A stretch of DNA of 64,000 bases, taken from positions 6,627 to 70,626 of the forward strand of contig WFNO01000123.1 of NCBI GenBank assembly GCA_015488555.1. Direction: 5' to 3'. Below the pieces are notes generated by a model, which saw nothing but the letters and a program-made list of their open reading frames with translations, was not told the origin of the DNA and ran no database searches. Source of the stretch: Gammaproteobacteria bacterium (lineage in GTDB: Bacteria; Pseudomonadota; Gammaproteobacteria; SZUA-140). Below are positions 10,918-21,104 of the stretch, in pieces. The stretch's first letter is position 1; every line of letters begins with the position of its first letter. The position numbers and the translations under genes are program-made.

Positions 10918-13900
10918 ATGCAGGAACCGGCACGCATACGCGAGATTCCCTACAACTATACCTCGTTCTCGGACCGGGAGATCGTCATCCGTTTCCTGGG
11001 CCGGGAACAATGGGAACTGCTCAACCGCCTGCGGCGGGAACGCCGTACCGGCCGTTCGGCGCGCATGTTGTTCGAGGTGCTGGGCGACATGTGGGTGGTG
11101 AAGCGTAATCCCTACCTGCAGGACGATTTGCTGGAGAATCCCAAGCGCTGGCGTTCCCTGACCCGCGCCCTCCATCACCGCCTGGACCAGATCGTGGCCC
11201 GCGCCGACGGCAACGAGATGGCCCTGCGGCTGGTGTCCGCCGCGCGCCAGGCGGTGGCGGACTTCGAGGTCTGGCTGCCGCGGCAGCGGGAATTGCGTGC
11301 CCGCGCTTTGCAACGCCTGAGCCAGGTGACCCGCCGCGACAACATCGATTTCGGCGGTCTGGCGCGGGTCTCCCACGTCACCGACGCCACCGACTGGCGC
11401 GTGGAGTTGCCCTTCGTGGTGATCACCCCAGACAGCGAGGCCGAGATCCAGCCGGTGGTGCAGGCCTGCATCGATCTGGGTCTCACCATCATTCCCCGCG
11501 GTGGCGGTACCGGCTATACCGGCAGCGCCGTCCCCCTGTTCGCCGATACCGCGGTAGTCAATACCGAGAAGCTGGAACGGCTGGGACCGGTGGAATACCG
11601 CCGCCTGCCGGATCCGGATGGATCGGGGGAGCGGGAAGTGCCGGTGGTGCGAGCCGAGGCGGGCGTGGTGACGCGGCGGGTGGCGGAGCTGGCCGAACGC
11701 CACGGCCTGGTGTTCGCGGTGGACCCCACTTCCCAGGACGCCTGTACCATCGGCGGCAACATCGCCATGAACGCCGGCGGCAAGAAGGCGGTGTTGTGGG
11801 GCACCACCGTGGACAATCTGCTGTCCTGGCGAATGGTGACCCCGGACGCCCACTGGCTGGAGGTGGAGCGCCTGGATCACAACCTGGGCAAGATTCACGA
11901 GCAAGAGGAGGTGCGTTTCCGCATCACCCGCTTCGCCCCGGACGGCGTCACCGTGGAAGGCGAGCCGGTGGAACTCAAGCTGCCGGGGCGGGCCTTCCGC
12001 CGGCAGGGGCTGGGCAAGGACGTCACCGACAAATTCCTGGGCGGCCTGCCGGGCGTACAGAAGGAGGGTTGTGACGGCTTCATCACCTCGGCGGTGTTCA
12101 TCCTCCACCGCCAGTCCCGCCACACGCGTACCGTATGCCTGGAATTCTACGGTCCCGACGTCAAGGGCGCGGTGGACACCATCAGTGAAATCGTGCGCCA
12201 TTGCCGCACCCGCCGGGACGTGTTGCTGGCCGGGCTGGAACATCTGGACGAACGCTATCTCAGAGCCGTGAAATACGCCGCCAAGGCCCCGCGTCCCGAG
12301 TTGCCGAAGATGGTGTTGCTCATGGACCTGGCCGGGGACGACAAGGCCGCGGTGGGCGAAGCCGCCTCGGCGGTGGTGCGCCTGGCCAACGGGCGCCAGG
12401 CGGAAGGCTTCATCGCCGCCAGCCCCGAGGCCCGGCGCCGTTTCTGGGCCGACCGCGCCCGTACCGCGGCCATCGCAGCCCACACCAACGCCTTCAAAAT
12501 CAACGAGGACGTGGTCATCCCCTTGGAACGCCTCGGGGAATACAGCGAGCACATCGAGCGCATCAACATCGAGCAGTCCACGCGCAACAAGCTGCGCATG
12601 ATCGAGGCCCTGCAGGACTTTCTGGGCCGGGAATTGCCGGCCATGCGCCTGTTGCCCGATGGAGAAGAGAGCCGCGAGGACCGCACCATCGTCGCCACCA
12701 AGGTGTCGGCGGCCCGAGCCCATCTGGAAGGCGTGGCCGGGCGCTGGCAGGCCTTGCTGGCGCACCTGGACGAGCCGGCGGCACGGCATCTGGAGCTGTT
12801 CGGGGAGGCGGAGCGGGCGCGCCTGCGCGACGGCGACCGGGTGTTGGATCTGCTCTTGCGCCGCGACCTGCGCGTCTCCTACCGGCGCGAGGTGGAACGA
12901 CCCTTGAAGGAGATCTTCAGCGGACTGGAATTCGCGCCCGTGCACGCGCGCATCGACGAGATCCACCGTCGCATCCGTTCCAGCCGCCTGTTCGTGGCCC
13001 TGCACATGCACGCCGGCGATGGCAACGTGCACACCAACATCCCCGTCAACTCCAACGACTATGAGATGCTCCAGGAGGCGGAACGCATCGTCGATCGCAT
13101 CATGGACCTGGCCGTCTCCCTGGGGGGCGTGATCTCCGGGGAACACGGCATCGGGCTGACCAAGATCCAGTACCTGGCCTCCCGCACCCTGGAGGCCTTC
13201 GCCGAATACAAGCAGCGCGTGGATCCGGGCGGCGTGTTCAACCGCGGCAAGCTGCTGCCGGGCTCGGGTCTGGACGATGCCTACACCCCCTCCCTGCGCC
13301 TGGTGCAACAGGAGGCCCTGATCCTGGAAGAGAGCGAGCTGGGCGCGCTCAACGACGCCATCCGCCACTGCCTGCGCTGCGGCAAGTGCAAGCCCGTCTG
13401 CAACACCCACGTGCCGGGGGCCAATCTGCTCTATTCTCCGCGCAACAAGATCCTTGCCACCGGCCTCATTCTGGAGGCCTTTCTCTACGAGGAGCAGACG
13501 CGCCGCGGGGTATCGGTGCGCCACTTCGACGAGCTGAACGACGTGGCCGATCATTGCACGGTGTGCCACAAATGCCTGCCCGTCTGCCCCGTGGACATCG
13601 ACTTCGGCGACGTTTCCATACTCATGCGCAACATCCTGCGCGCGCGGGGGCGCAAGCGTCTCAATGCCGGCACCCGCCTGGCCATGGCCTATCTCAACGC
13701 CACCGATCCCGTGCGCGTCAAGCTGCTGCGCGCCACGGCCATCCAGTGGGGCAGCCGCCTGCAGCGCCTGGGTCATCGCCTGGCGAGGCGCCTGGGCCTG
13801 GCCCGGCAGCGCCGCCCCGCGTCCACCACCGGCAAGCCCTCCATTCCCGTGCAGGTGATCCATTTCGTGAAGAAACCCCTGCCGGGCGACCTGCCCAGCC

Positions 13901-14778
13901 GTACCACCCGTGCCCTGTTGGGGATCGAGGACAAGACCCTGGTGCCCATCCTGCGCGATCCGCAACGCAGTTCCGAGGAGGCCGAGGCGGTGTTCTATTT
14001 TCCCGGTTGCGGCTCCGAGCGCCTGTTCAGCCAGATCGCCCTGGCCACCCTGGCCATGCTCTACGAATGCGGCGTGCAGACGGTGTTGCCGCCGGGTTAT
14101 TTGTGCTGTGGCTATCCCCAGCGCTCAGTGGGAGACGAGGCCCGGGGGCGGCGCATCACCACGGAAAACCGAGTGCTCTTTCACCGCGTGGCCAATACCC
14201 TCAACTATCTGGACATCAAGACGGTGCTGGTTTCCTGCGGTACCTGCATGGACCAGCTGCTGCTCTACGAATTCCAGCAGATCTTTCCCGGCTGCCGCCT
14301 GCTGGACATCCACGAATATCTCCTGGAGAAAGGCGTCTCCCTGGAGGGCGTGCCGGGGGTGCGCTATCTCTATCACGATCCCTGCCACACGCCCATGAAG
14401 CAGCACGACCCTGTTCAGGTGGCTAGGAGGTTGCTGGGTGGTGCCGAAGTACGCCTGTCGGACCGCTGCTGCGGCGAGGCCGGCACCTTCGCCGTTGCCC
14501 GCCCCGACATCGCCACTCAGGTTCGTTTTCGCAAGGAAGCGGAATTGCGGGCCGGCATTCGCGAGTTGACCGGTGCCGAACGGGTGCAGGAAGGCGAGGT
14601 CAAGCTGCTCACCGCCTGCCCCGCCTGCCAGCAGGGTCTGGGGCGTTATCGCGAGGACACGGGTCTCGGGACCGATTACATCGTCGTGGAACTGGCCCAG
14701 CGCCTGCTGGGCGAGGGCTGGCAGCAGCGCTTCATCGAGAAGGCCCGCAACGGCGGCATCGAACGGGTATTACTGTGA
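10918..14778 (+). CDS. Giant FAD-linked oxidase / Fe-S oxidoreductase fusion (DUF3683-type N-terminus + GlcD-like + 2x[4Fe-4S] + GlcF-like CCG domains)
   Basis: About 1286 aa. [18 protein letters not shown]-terminus, FAD-binding [12 protein letters not shown], ferredoxin motifs [11 protein letters not shown] and [12 protein letters not shown], cysteine-rich C-terminal repeats (FPGCGSE, HDPCH). Confidence 0.8.
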   Translation: MQEPARIREIPYNYTSFSDREIVIRFLGREQWELLNRLRRERRTGRSARMLFEVLGDMWVVKRNPYLQDDLLENPKRWRSLTRALHHRLDQIVARADGNEMALRLVSAARQAVADFEVWLPRQRELRARALQRLSQVTRRDNIDFGGLARVSHVTDATDWRVELPFVVITPDSEAEIQPVVQACIDLGLTIIPRGGGTGYTGSAVPLFADTAVVNTEKLERLGPVEYRRLPDPDGSGEREVPVVRAEAGVVTRRVAELAERHGLVFAVDPTSQDACTIGGNIAMNAGGKKAVLWGTTVDNLLSWRMVTPDAHWLEVERLDHNLGKIHEQEEVRFRITRFAPDGVTVEGEPVELKLPGRAFRRQGLGKDVTDKFLGGLPGVQKEGCDGFITSAVFILHRQSRHTRTVCLEFYGPDVKGAVDTISEIVRHCRTRRDVLLAGLEHLDERYLRAVKYAAKAPRPELPKMVLLMDLAGDDKAAVGEAASAVVRLANGRQAEGFIAASPEARRRFWADRARTAAIAAHTNAFKINEDVVIPLERLGEYSEHIERINIEQSTRNKLRMIEALQDFLGRELPAMRLLPDGEESREDRTIVATKVSAARAHLEGVAGRWQALLAHLDEPAARHLELFGEAERARLRDGDRVLDLLLRRDLRVSYRREVERPLKEIFSGLEFAPVHARIDEIHRRIRSSRLFVALHMHAGDGNVHTNIPVNSNDYEMLQEAERIVDRIMDLAVSLGGVISGEHGIGLTKIQYLASRTLEAFAEYKQRVDPGGVFNRGKLLPGSGLDDAYTPSLRLVQQEALILEESELGALNDAIRHCLRCGKCKPVCNTHVPGANLLYSPRNKILATGLILEAFLYEEQTRRGVSVRHFDELNDVADHCTVCHKCLPVCPVDIDFGDVSILMRNILRARGRKRLNAGTRLAMAYLNATDPVRVKLLRATAIQWGSRLQRLGHRLARRLGLARQRRPASTTGKPSIPVQVIHFVKKPLPGDLPSRTTRALLGIEDKTLVPILRDPQRSSEEAEAVFYFPGCGSERLFSQIALATLAMLYECGVQTVLPPGYLCCGYPQRSVGDEARGRRITTENRVLFHRVANTLNYLDIKTVLVSCGTCMDQLLLYEFQQIFPGCRLLDIHEYLLEKGVSLEGVPGVRYLYHDPCHTPMKQHDPVQVARRLLGGAEVRLSDRCCGEAGTFAVARPDIATQVRFRKEAELRAGIRELTGAERVQEGEVKLLTACPACQQGLGRYREDTGLGTDYIVVELAQRLLGEGWQQRFIEKARNGGIERVLL

Positions 14779-14852
14779 TGCAGATTCAGATGTCGGCCCG
14801 GTCACTGCAACGAAGGTGCGGCGGGCAAATCCTGCGTGATTCGTGGCCGGAA

Positions 14853-15053
14853 TCACTTGCGCATCAACCACAGGATGAGGGTCACCGCCAGGCTGACGAG
14901 GATGGAGGTGGTGATGGGAAAATAGAAACGGAAGTTGTCGCGCTCGATGGCGATGTCCCCGGGCAGGCGGCCCAGGCCGCTCTTGGCGAGCCAGGGCCAG
15001 AGGATGCCGATGAGGAGCAGAATGAGTCCGATGGTGATGAAGGCCTTCTGCAT
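14853..15053 (-). CDS. DUF2905-family small membrane protein
   Basis: 66 aa, MQKAFITIGLILLLIGILWPWLAKSGLGRLPGDIAIERDNFRFYFPITTSILVSL. It is the only credible part of the 330-aa tracked ORF 14853-15845. Confidence 0.75.
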   Translation of the reverse strand: MQKAFITIGLILLLIGILWPWLAKSGLGRLPGDIAIERDNFRFYFPITTSILVSLAVTLILWLMRK

Positions 15054-15067
15054 GCGGCCATTCCCCG

Positions 15068-15724
15068 TCAGGTGAGTTTGCGCACCCCCTGAGGCGTGCC
15101 CAGCAGCAACACATCCGCGGGGCGGCGGGCGAACAAGCCGTTGGTGACGATACCCACGATCTGGTTCAGTTCCGCTTCCAGCTTGGCCGGTTCCAGGATC
15201 TCCAGGTTGTGCACGTCCAGGATCTGGTTGCCGTTGTCGGTGACGAAACCCTCGCGCAGCACCGGTTTGCCTCCCAGCTTGACCAGTTCGCGGGCCACGT
15301 AACTGCGGGCCATGGGGATAACTTCGATTGGCAAGGGGAAGCGACCCAGCACGTCCACCAGCTTGGACTCGTCGGCGATGCACACGAAGGTCCGGCTCAC
15401 GGCGGCGACGATCTTCTCCCGGGTGAGCGCCCCGCCACCGCCCTTGATGAGCTGCAGATAGTGGTTGCTCTCGTCGGCGCCGTCCACGTACAGGGGCAGC
15501 TCGTCCACGGTATTGAGGTCCAGCACCGGAATGCCATGGGACTTGAGGCGCTCGGCGGTGGCCTCGGAACTGGCCACGGCCCCTTCGATCTTGTGCCGGA
15601 TGCGGGCCAGGCCGTCGATGAAGTGATTGGTGGTGGAACCGGTGCCCACGCCGATCACCATACCGGCCTCCACGTATTCCAGGGCCGCTTCCGCAGCCAT
15701 CTGTTTCATTTCGTCCTGGGTCAT
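15068..15724 (-). CDS. rpiA: Ribose-5-phosphate isomerase A
   Basis: [39 protein letters not shown]...[14 protein letters not shown]. Start moved to the ATG at 15724. Confidence 0.95.
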   Translation of the reverse strand: MTQDEMKQMAAEAALEYVEAGMVIGVGTGSTTNHFIDGLARIRHKIEGAVASSEATAERLKSHGIPVLDLNTVDELPLYVDGADESNHYLQLIKGGGGALTREKIVAAVSRTFVCIADESKLVDVLGRFPLPIEVIPMARSYVARELVKLGGKPVLREGFVTDNGNQILDVHNLEILEPAKLEAELNQIVGIVTNGLFARRPADVLLLGTPQGVRKLT

Positions 15725-15843
15725 GGCGCAGCTCTCCCTCTGAATCCGTTTGACCGCCATGATAACCAGCTTGTCCGGGGAAGGCTAGGCAGCCGGGGCG
15801 GGAGCTGCTATAAGGTGGAACGACAGAAGAAACCGAAACGGCC

Positions 15844-17367
15844 ATGCGGAATCATTATCTGCGCAACATTCTCAAGGCCCGGGTCTACGACGTGGCGCGC
15901 GAGACCCCGCTGGATACTATGCCCGCGTTGTCCCGCCGCTTCGGGAACGAGATCCTGCTCAAGCGCGAGGATCTGCAGCCTGTGTTCTCGTTCAAGCTGC
16001 GCGGTGCCTACAACAAGATAGTGCATCTGCGTCCGGTGGCCCGCGAGCAGGGGGTGATCGCCGCCTCGGCGGGCAATCATGCCCAGGGCGTGGCGCTGGC
16101 GGCGCGCCACCTGGGTATTCGGGCCTTGATCGTCATGCCCCAGACCACGCCGGGTATCAAGGTAGAGGCCGTTCGTCGCCTGGGGGCGCGCGTGGTATTG
16201 CATGGGGATACCTATGACGAAGCTTGTGCCCATGCCCTTGCCCTCGGGCGGAAGCTGGGGATGACATTCATCCACCCGTATGACGATCCCCATGTCATCG
16301 CCGGCCAGGGTACGGTGGCGGCCGAGATCCTTCATCACGCAGGTGACGACCTGCACGCCATTTTCGTGCCCGTGGGTGGTGGCGGGCTCATCGCCGGGGT
16401 GGCCGCCTACGTCAAGGCCCTCTATCCACGCATTCGGGTGATCGGCGTGGAACCGGACGATGCCCCCTCCCTGCATGCCGCCTTGAAACACCAGCGCCGG
16501 GTGGTGTTGGATCAGGTGGGGATCTTCGCCGACGGGGTGGCGGTGCGCCAGGTGGGCAAGGAGCCCTTCCGCATCGCCCGTGACAGCGTGGACGGGGTGA
16601 TCCTAGTGAATACCGACGAGGTCTGTGCCGCCATCAAGGACATCTTCGACGACTGCCGCACCATTGCCGAACCCGCGGGCGCCCTGGCGGTGGCGGGCCT
16701 GAAGAAATACGTCCAGCGCCGGCGCCTGCGCGGGCGCCGTCTGGTGGCCATCAACAGCGGGGCCAACATCAATTTCGATCGCTTGCGCCACGTGGCAGAA
16801 CGGGCCGAGTTGGGCGAGCAGCGCGAGGCCCTCCTGGCGGTAACCATTCCCGAGCGCCCCGGCAGCTTCCTGCAGTTCTGCCGCGCCATAGGCCGGCGCG
16901 GCATCACTGAGTTCAATTACCGCTATGCCGATCCCGAGCGCGCCCATGTCTTCGCCGGTATCCAGCTCAATCGTGGTGATGAGGAGAAAAACGAGATCAT
17001 CGCCCTGCTGCGTAGCCGGAATTACCCTGTAGTGGACATGACTGACAATGAAATGGCCAAGTTGCACGTCCGCTACATGGTGGGTGGGCGTGCCCGCGGG
17101 GTGGAGCACGAGACCTTGTTTCGCTTCGAATTCCCGGAGCGTCCCGGCGCCTTGCTAGATTTCCTGAGCTGTATCGGCCAACGCTGGAATATCAGTCTCT
17201 TCCATTATCGCAATCACGGTGCCGCCTATGGCCGCGTGCTGGTGGGTATTCAAGTGCCGCCCGCCGATAAGACCGAACTGCAGACCTTCCTCGACACCTT
17301 GGGGTACGAGTACTGGGAAGAAGGCGGTAATCCAGCCTACGACTTGTTCCTGGGCACCGGTTCTTGA
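15844..17367 (+). CDS. ilvA: Biosynthetic threonine ammonia-lyase (threonine dehydratase)
   Basis: 507 aa; PLP site FSFKLRGAYN, catalytic domain plus two C-terminal ACT-like regulatory repeats. Confidence 0.96.
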   Translation: MRNHYLRNILKARVYDVARETPLDTMPALSRRFGNEILLKREDLQPVFSFKLRGAYNKIVHLRPVAREQGVIAASAGNHAQGVALAARHLGIRALIVMPQTTPGIKVEAVRRLGARVVLHGDTYDEACAHALALGRKLGMTFIHPYDDPHVIAGQGTVAAEILHHAGDDLHAIFVPVGGGGLIAGVAAYVKALYPRIRVIGVEPDDAPSLHAALKHQRRVVLDQVGIFADGVAVRQVGKEPFRIARDSVDGVILVNTDEVCAAIKDIFDDCRTIAEPAGALAVAGLKKYVQRRRLRGRRLVAINSGANINFDRLRHVAERAELGEQREALLAVTIPERPGSFLQFCRAIGRRGITEFNYRYADPERAHVFAGIQLNRGDEEKNEIIALLRSRNYPVVDMTDNEMAKLHVRYMVGGRARGVEHETLFRFEFPERPGALLDFLSCIGQRWNISLFHYRNHGAAYGRVLVGIQVPPADKTELQTFLDTLGYEYWEEGGNPAYDLFLGTGS

Positions 17368-17426
17368 TTAGCATATTGCCCTGCCTCCGGCAGTAGACCG
17401 AGGATCGAGGGCAGTACTGGAACGTG

Positions 17427-17452
17427 AAAAGGCCCGCCGAGGCGGGCCTTTT
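17427..17452. terminator. Bidirectional intrinsic terminator between ilvA and the H1-like gene
   Basis: AAAAGGCCCGCC-GAG-GCGGGCCTTTT: perfect 8-9 bp GC stem flanked by A and T runs. Confidence 0.85.
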
Positions 17453-17538
17453 CATCTCAGGGGGCGGATGCCGAAATCCGCATGGCGCGGCCACCCTGAT
17501 CCTGCGAGACTTTCCGCTACTTTCTACTTCTCTTTAAC

Positions 17539-17790
17539 TTATTTCTTCTTGGCGGCGGCCCTCTTCTTGGCTGCCGTTTTTTTCTTGGCTGCAGTCTTCT
17601 TCTTGGCGGCGGCCCTCTTCTTGGCTGCCGTTTTTTTCTTGGCTGCAGTCTTCTTCTTGGTTGCCGCTTTCTTCTTGACGGCGGCCTTTTTCTTTGCTGC
17701 TACCTTCTTCTTGGTCGCTGCTCTTTTCTTCGCGGCAGCCTTTTTCTTGGTTGCAGTCTTCCTTTTGGCGACAGACTTTTTGATGGCCAT
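17539..17790 (-). CDS. Lysine/alanine-rich histone H1-like nucleoid protein
   Basis: 83 aa made almost entirely of AAKKK/TAAKKR repeats. Good SD (GGAGG) before the ATG at 17790. The plus-strand ORF here (FFLAA repeats) is its antisense shadow. Confidence 0.8.
   Translation of the reverse strand: MAIKKSVAKRKTATKKKAAAKKRAATKKKVAAKKKAAVKKKAATKKKTAAKKKTAAKKRAAAKKKTAAKKKTAAKKRAAAKKK
17543..17660. repeat. Perfect 54-bp tandem duplication inside the H1-like gene
   Basis: Unit CTTCTTGGCGGCGGCCCTCTTCTTGGCTGCCGTTTTTTTCTTGGCTGCAGTCTT occurs at 17545-17598 and identically at 17599-17652, plus 8 further matching nt. This is an 18-aa repeat, KKRAAAKKKTAAKKKTAA. Confidence 0.95.
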
Positions 17791-18268
17791 TGTAAGTCCT
17801 CCAGGTATTAAACGCAGTTAAGTATAAACATCTTGTCTCATATTGCCAGTCTTTGCACAAAAAATTTGCATTCGGAAAAGTGTATCGACGCATGGCGTTT
17901 ATTCTTGAATAAAGCACACATGTAAACGTGAGTGCATGATACCCGGGATCTTACATTGGCAAGAGGAGTGCGAAGAGATGCGAAAAACGCTGCAAATAAA
18001 GGGTGCAGCATGCAGAAGGTGTGCAGTGGGAACAGCACGAAGGCGTGCAAACGGCGATGTTGCAATGCGGAAACACGGTTCATTCGTCGAATTCCCGACA
18101 TCTTCACGCCCCTTTATTCATGGAAGAATGTTTATGCGCACGGGATATCGCAGGGGTTGAATGAAGACTGAAAGCCGGTACAGCAGCGAATCCAGGGCCA
18201 TGCCAGGGTGCGCGCATGCATGATTTTCCGTTGTCCAGACAGCGGATTTCACGCGGCCGCGGGGAATG

Positions 18269-18742
18269 CTATTCCTGCGCGAGCTGCAGGATGGCATGCC
18301 AGGCCTGGGGGCTCACCGGCATCACGGACAGGCGGCAGCCGCGTTTGAGCAAGGGGAGATTTGCGATTTCCGGGTGCTGACGCATTTGCTGTTTCAGTTC
18401 CTGCAGGGTGACGGGACGCGGTAACGCCTGCAGAAAGCGCACGTCCACCATGTGCCAGCGGGGGTGTTCGGGATCGCTCTTGGGATCGTAATAGGGGCTA
18501 TGGGGATCGAAGGCGGTGTGATCCGGATAGGCGCTGCAGCAGATCTCCACGATGCCGACGATAGCAGGTGTGGCGCAGTTGGAATGATAGAAGAAGGCCT
18601 GGTCGCCTTCTGTCATGGCGCGCAAATGGTTGCGGGCCTGATAGTTACGCACTCCGTCCCAGTGGTCGCGACCGCCTGGGGCGCGGCGCAGATCGTCGAG
18701 GCTGAAGACGGAGGGTTCGGACTTCAGTAACCAGTAGTTCAT
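18269..18742 (-). CDS. EVE (PUA-like, DUF55) domain protein
   Basis: MNYWLLKSEPSVFSLDDL...WDGVRNYQARNHLRAMTEGDQAFFYHSN. The ATG at 18742 overlaps the stop of the upstream gene (ATGA). Confidence 0.88.
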   Translation of the reverse strand: MNYWLLKSEPSVFSLDDLRRAPGGRDHWDGVRNYQARNHLRAMTEGDQAFFYHSNCATPAIVGIVEICCSAYPDHTAFDPHSPYYDPKSDPEHPRWHMVDVRFLQALPRPVTLQELKQQMRQHPEIANLPLLKRGCRLSVMPVSPQAWHAILQLAQE

Positions 18743-19338
18743 GACCGTGACCTCGCATAACAAGCTCGTTCCGTGAAAACGCCGTCCAGGGGGATGTCCC
18801 AGGGTTGCCGTTCGAGTCTTTCGACCTTCTGCAGTTCATATGCCACTCCATAGACGAAAGGCTTAAACCAATGGCGGCGGCGGAGCTGGAAGGCCAGCGT
18901 GCGATCATAGTAGCCGCCGCCTGCACCCAGGCGATTACCGCGAGGATCGAAGGCCACCAGGGGCGCGAGGATCAGGTCCAATTGCCAGGGTTTGACCAAG
19001 TGATGGGGAGGGTGGCTTGGTTCCGGAATACCATAGCAGTTGAGAGCCAGGGGATCGCCGGCCCGGTAATGGGCGAACCACAGGTGTCGGCGTTGCAGGG
19101 GGTCCAGTACTGGCAGGTAGCATTGCTTGCCCGCTTGCCACAGGCGTTCCATGAAGGGTCTCAGATCCATTTCCCCGCGGCAGGGAAGATAACAAGCGAT
19201 GCGCCGGCAGTGATACCACAAGGGAGAGGCGACCAGGCGCCGCGCCAGGGCGAGTGCCGCCGCGCGGCGCTGCGCGGGTGTCAGGGCCTGGCGGGCAGCA
19301 TTCATGCAGCGCCGCAGATGAGCGCGTGTATCCATCAT
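18739..19338 (-). CDS. ygfA: 5-formyltetrahydrofolate cyclo-ligase
   Basis: About 199 aa from MMDTRAHLRR...; IACYLPCRGEMD, LPVL, LAPLVAFDPRGNRLGAGGGYYDRTL. The upstream part of the tracked ORF overlaps the 6S RNA. Confidence 0.88.
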   Translation of the reverse strand: MMDTRAHLRRCMNAARQALTPAQRRAAALALARRLVASPLWYHCRRIACYLPCRGEMDLRPFMERLWQAGKQCYLPVLDPLQRRHLWFAHYRAGDPLALNCYGIPEPSHPPHHLVKPWQLDLILAPLVAFDPRGNRLGAGGGYYDRTLAFQLRRRHWFKPFVYGVAYELQKVERLERQPWDIPLDGVFTERACYARSRS

Positions 19339-19433
19339 GCCGACTTGGTGCCTGCCTATCGGTCTGCACGCAAACGGCGCGGGCATATCCGGACTCGAAA
19401 GGCACGACACAGGGGAATGAGGGGGGAAGAGGA

Positions 19434-19624
19434 GGGCATCCTCCGCCTGCGCCGTCGTGAGCAGTCGCCCTTGAACCAGAGGTTCAGGTGGGGACAACGG
19501 TGATATCGTAGGCTTTCCGCTCGCTGGCGGACTTGCACAAAAATATCAGCTCTCTGTCCCCTGGGCAGTGGATTAGGCTCAAGAGTTTTTTCCGGCTCAC
19601 TGACGAGCGCCGCAGGGGATGCCC
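19434..19624 (-). ncRNA. ssrS: 6S RNA
   Basis: Sits in the canonical zapA-ssrS-ygfA slot. Minus-strand CACCTGAACCTCTGGTTCAAGGGCGACTGC resembles the conserved 3' arm of E. coli 6S as I recall it. 5' GGGCATCCCCTGCGGCGCTCGTCAGTGAGC pairs with 3' GCTCACGACGGCGCAGGCGGAGGATGCCC to form the closing stem. Ends are good to about 10 nt. Confidence 0.75.
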
Positions 19625-19746
19625 AATACGCGGAATTCATGTCCCTGCCGCACGCATTTTCTTTAGCCTCGCAGGGTGAAATCGGCCTGCGATCGACCTT
19701 TTTCGCAGATCCATGGCCCCTGCGGATCACGCGCGAGGGGCGCGGA

Positions 19747-20064
19747 TCACAGTTCCGGTTGGCGGCCCTTGTCCAGCAACTCCCGTACCCGCTCCTGGAC
19801 CGCCAGCAACTGGGGGGTCATGTGCTGCTCGTATTCTCGCAGCCGGTTTCGGCACTCGAGGAATTCGTGAACGATGTTCAGGGCCGCCATGATGGCGATG
19901 CGGTCCATGCCGATGACCCGCCCGGTGTCCCGTACCTCCTGCATCTTCTGGTTGAGATAACGGGCCGATTCCAGCAACGCAACCCGTTCGTCTTCGGGGC
20001 AGGCCACCCGGTATTCCTTGTCCAGGATCTGGATCGTCACCGGATTGGAGATGGTCGCGCTCAC
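19747..20064 (-). CDS. zapA: Cell division protein ZapA
   Basis: 105 aa, VTIQILDKEYRVACPEDERVALLESARYLNQKMQEVRD...IAIMAALNI. GTG start overlaps the upstream stop (GTGA). Confidence 0.9.
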   Translation of the reverse strand: MSATISNPVTIQILDKEYRVACPEDERVALLESARYLNQKMQEVRDTGRVIGMDRIAIMAALNIVHEFLECRNRLREYEQHMTPQLLAVQERVRELLDKGRQPEL

Positions 20065-20291
20065 AGCTCCACCTCCAGGGTCTTGAGTCGGGTGATCATG
20101 CCAGAGATCTTGTCCTGCGACAATTGATTCTTCTTCAGCAGCTCGGCCTTCTCAGCCCGCAGTTTGCCCAACTGGGCGCGTAGCTGGTCGTTCTCCGCCA
20201 GCAAACGCTCGCACAGGGCCGCGAGTTCCTCCACCTCGGCGGTGAAGCGTGCAGCATCCAGCGGCAAGTCACGATCGTTGCGATTGTTCAT
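20061..20291 (-). CDS. Small coiled-coil protein upstream of zapA (ZapB-like / TIGR02449-type)
   Basis: 76 aa from ATG 20291. Heptad-rich: EELAALCERLLAENDQLRAQLGKLRAEKAELLKKNQLSQDKI. The remainder of the 156-aa tracked ORF does not look coding. Confidence 0.6.
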   Translation of the reverse strand: MNNRNDRDLPLDAARFTAEVEELAALCERLLAENDQLRAQLGKLRAEKAELLKKNQLSQDKISGMITRLKTLEVEL

Positions 20292-20462
20292 GATGCCACT
20301 ATAGTTCGGGCGTTCATCCTGGTCAATGCCCGCCCGATGTCCGTTCGATGTTGGTCCGCCGCGGCCAGATTTGTGTTTCCCTCTTGGAGGCGGTATGTTT
20401 ACAGGCGATGATCCGGTATTCCCGCCCGTTTTGGTTTTTTCCGTTGTCTTTGATACCGCTCC

Positions 20463-21065
20463 ATGGATTTCTCCGAAGTCAGCGCAGCATTCCGGAATCT
20501 CGGGATTGCCCAGGAGGTCGCCGAGTGTCATGGCCTGTTGTGCGGCCTGTGGTGTGCCAGCGGCGGCGTTGACCGGGCAACCTGGATCCGTTTCTTACGC
20601 AACGAGACCGTGACCCTGGAGGCCCTGTCCCGGTCGCGGGCGGATCCCCCCACCGGCAAACCCCCTGCCTCCAGCGACGAGGCGGTGTTGCAGCGCCTCT
20701 ACGAGGAGACCGTGGCGCAACTGGAGGGTCGTACCTTCGAGCTGCAGCTCCTGCTGCCCGATGACGAACAACCCCTGGCCCTGCGTGCCGAGGCCCTGGC
20801 GGACTGGTGCAAAGGATTCCTGTTCGGCCTCGGCGCGGGCGGTGTCAAGGAGCGCGATCAGACCCCCGACAACGTGCAGGAGATCGTGCGCGATTTCACC
20901 GAGATCACACGCGCCTACCACGACGAGGAGGAAGATAGCGAACTGGACGAGGTGTCCTTCATGGAGGTGGTGGAATACGTGCGCGTGGGGACTATGTTGA
21001 TCTATGAAGAACTGCAGGCGGAACGCAAGCAACGCCAGTTGAGCGATGATCGGGTGTTGCACTGA
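20463..21065 (+). CDS. ygfB: UPF0149 family protein (YgfB-like)
   Basis: 200 aa; AECHGLLCGLWCA motif and acidic C-terminus. Occupies the conserved position upstream of pepP. Confidence 0.8.
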   Translation: MDFSEVSAAFRNLGIAQEVAECHGLLCGLWCASGGVDRATWIRFLRNETVTLEALSRSRADPPTGKPPASSDEAVLQRLYEETVAQLEGRTFELQLLLPDDEQPLALRAEALADWCKGFLFGLGAGGVKERDQTPDNVQEIVRDFTEITRAYHDEEEDSELDEVSFMEVVEYVRVGTMLIYEELQAERKQRQLSDDRVLH

Positions 21066-21104
21066 TATACAGCGGCCTGGCCGATGGCATGGCATGAGGG
21101 CGGC

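Noticed and set aside
10894-13965. 1023-aa minus-strand ORF
   Set aside because: It is antisense to the FAD/Fe-S fusion gene, whose product has clear cofactor motifs. The shadow product is Gly/Ala/Gln/His-rich with no recognisable domain.
14853-15845. 330-aa minus-strand ORF overlapping rpiA
   Set aside because: Only its last 66 codons (the DUF2905 protein, 14853-15053) look real. The rest is out of frame with RpiA and Arg/Gly/Pro-rich.
17800-18268. Possible hidden gene or sRNA in the 470-bp lower-GC gap between the H1-like gene and the EVE gene
   Set aside because: The ORFs there (74-89 aa, both strands) lack SD sequences and look random. I found no promoter/terminator pair. It most likely holds the H1-like gene's upstream regulatory region.
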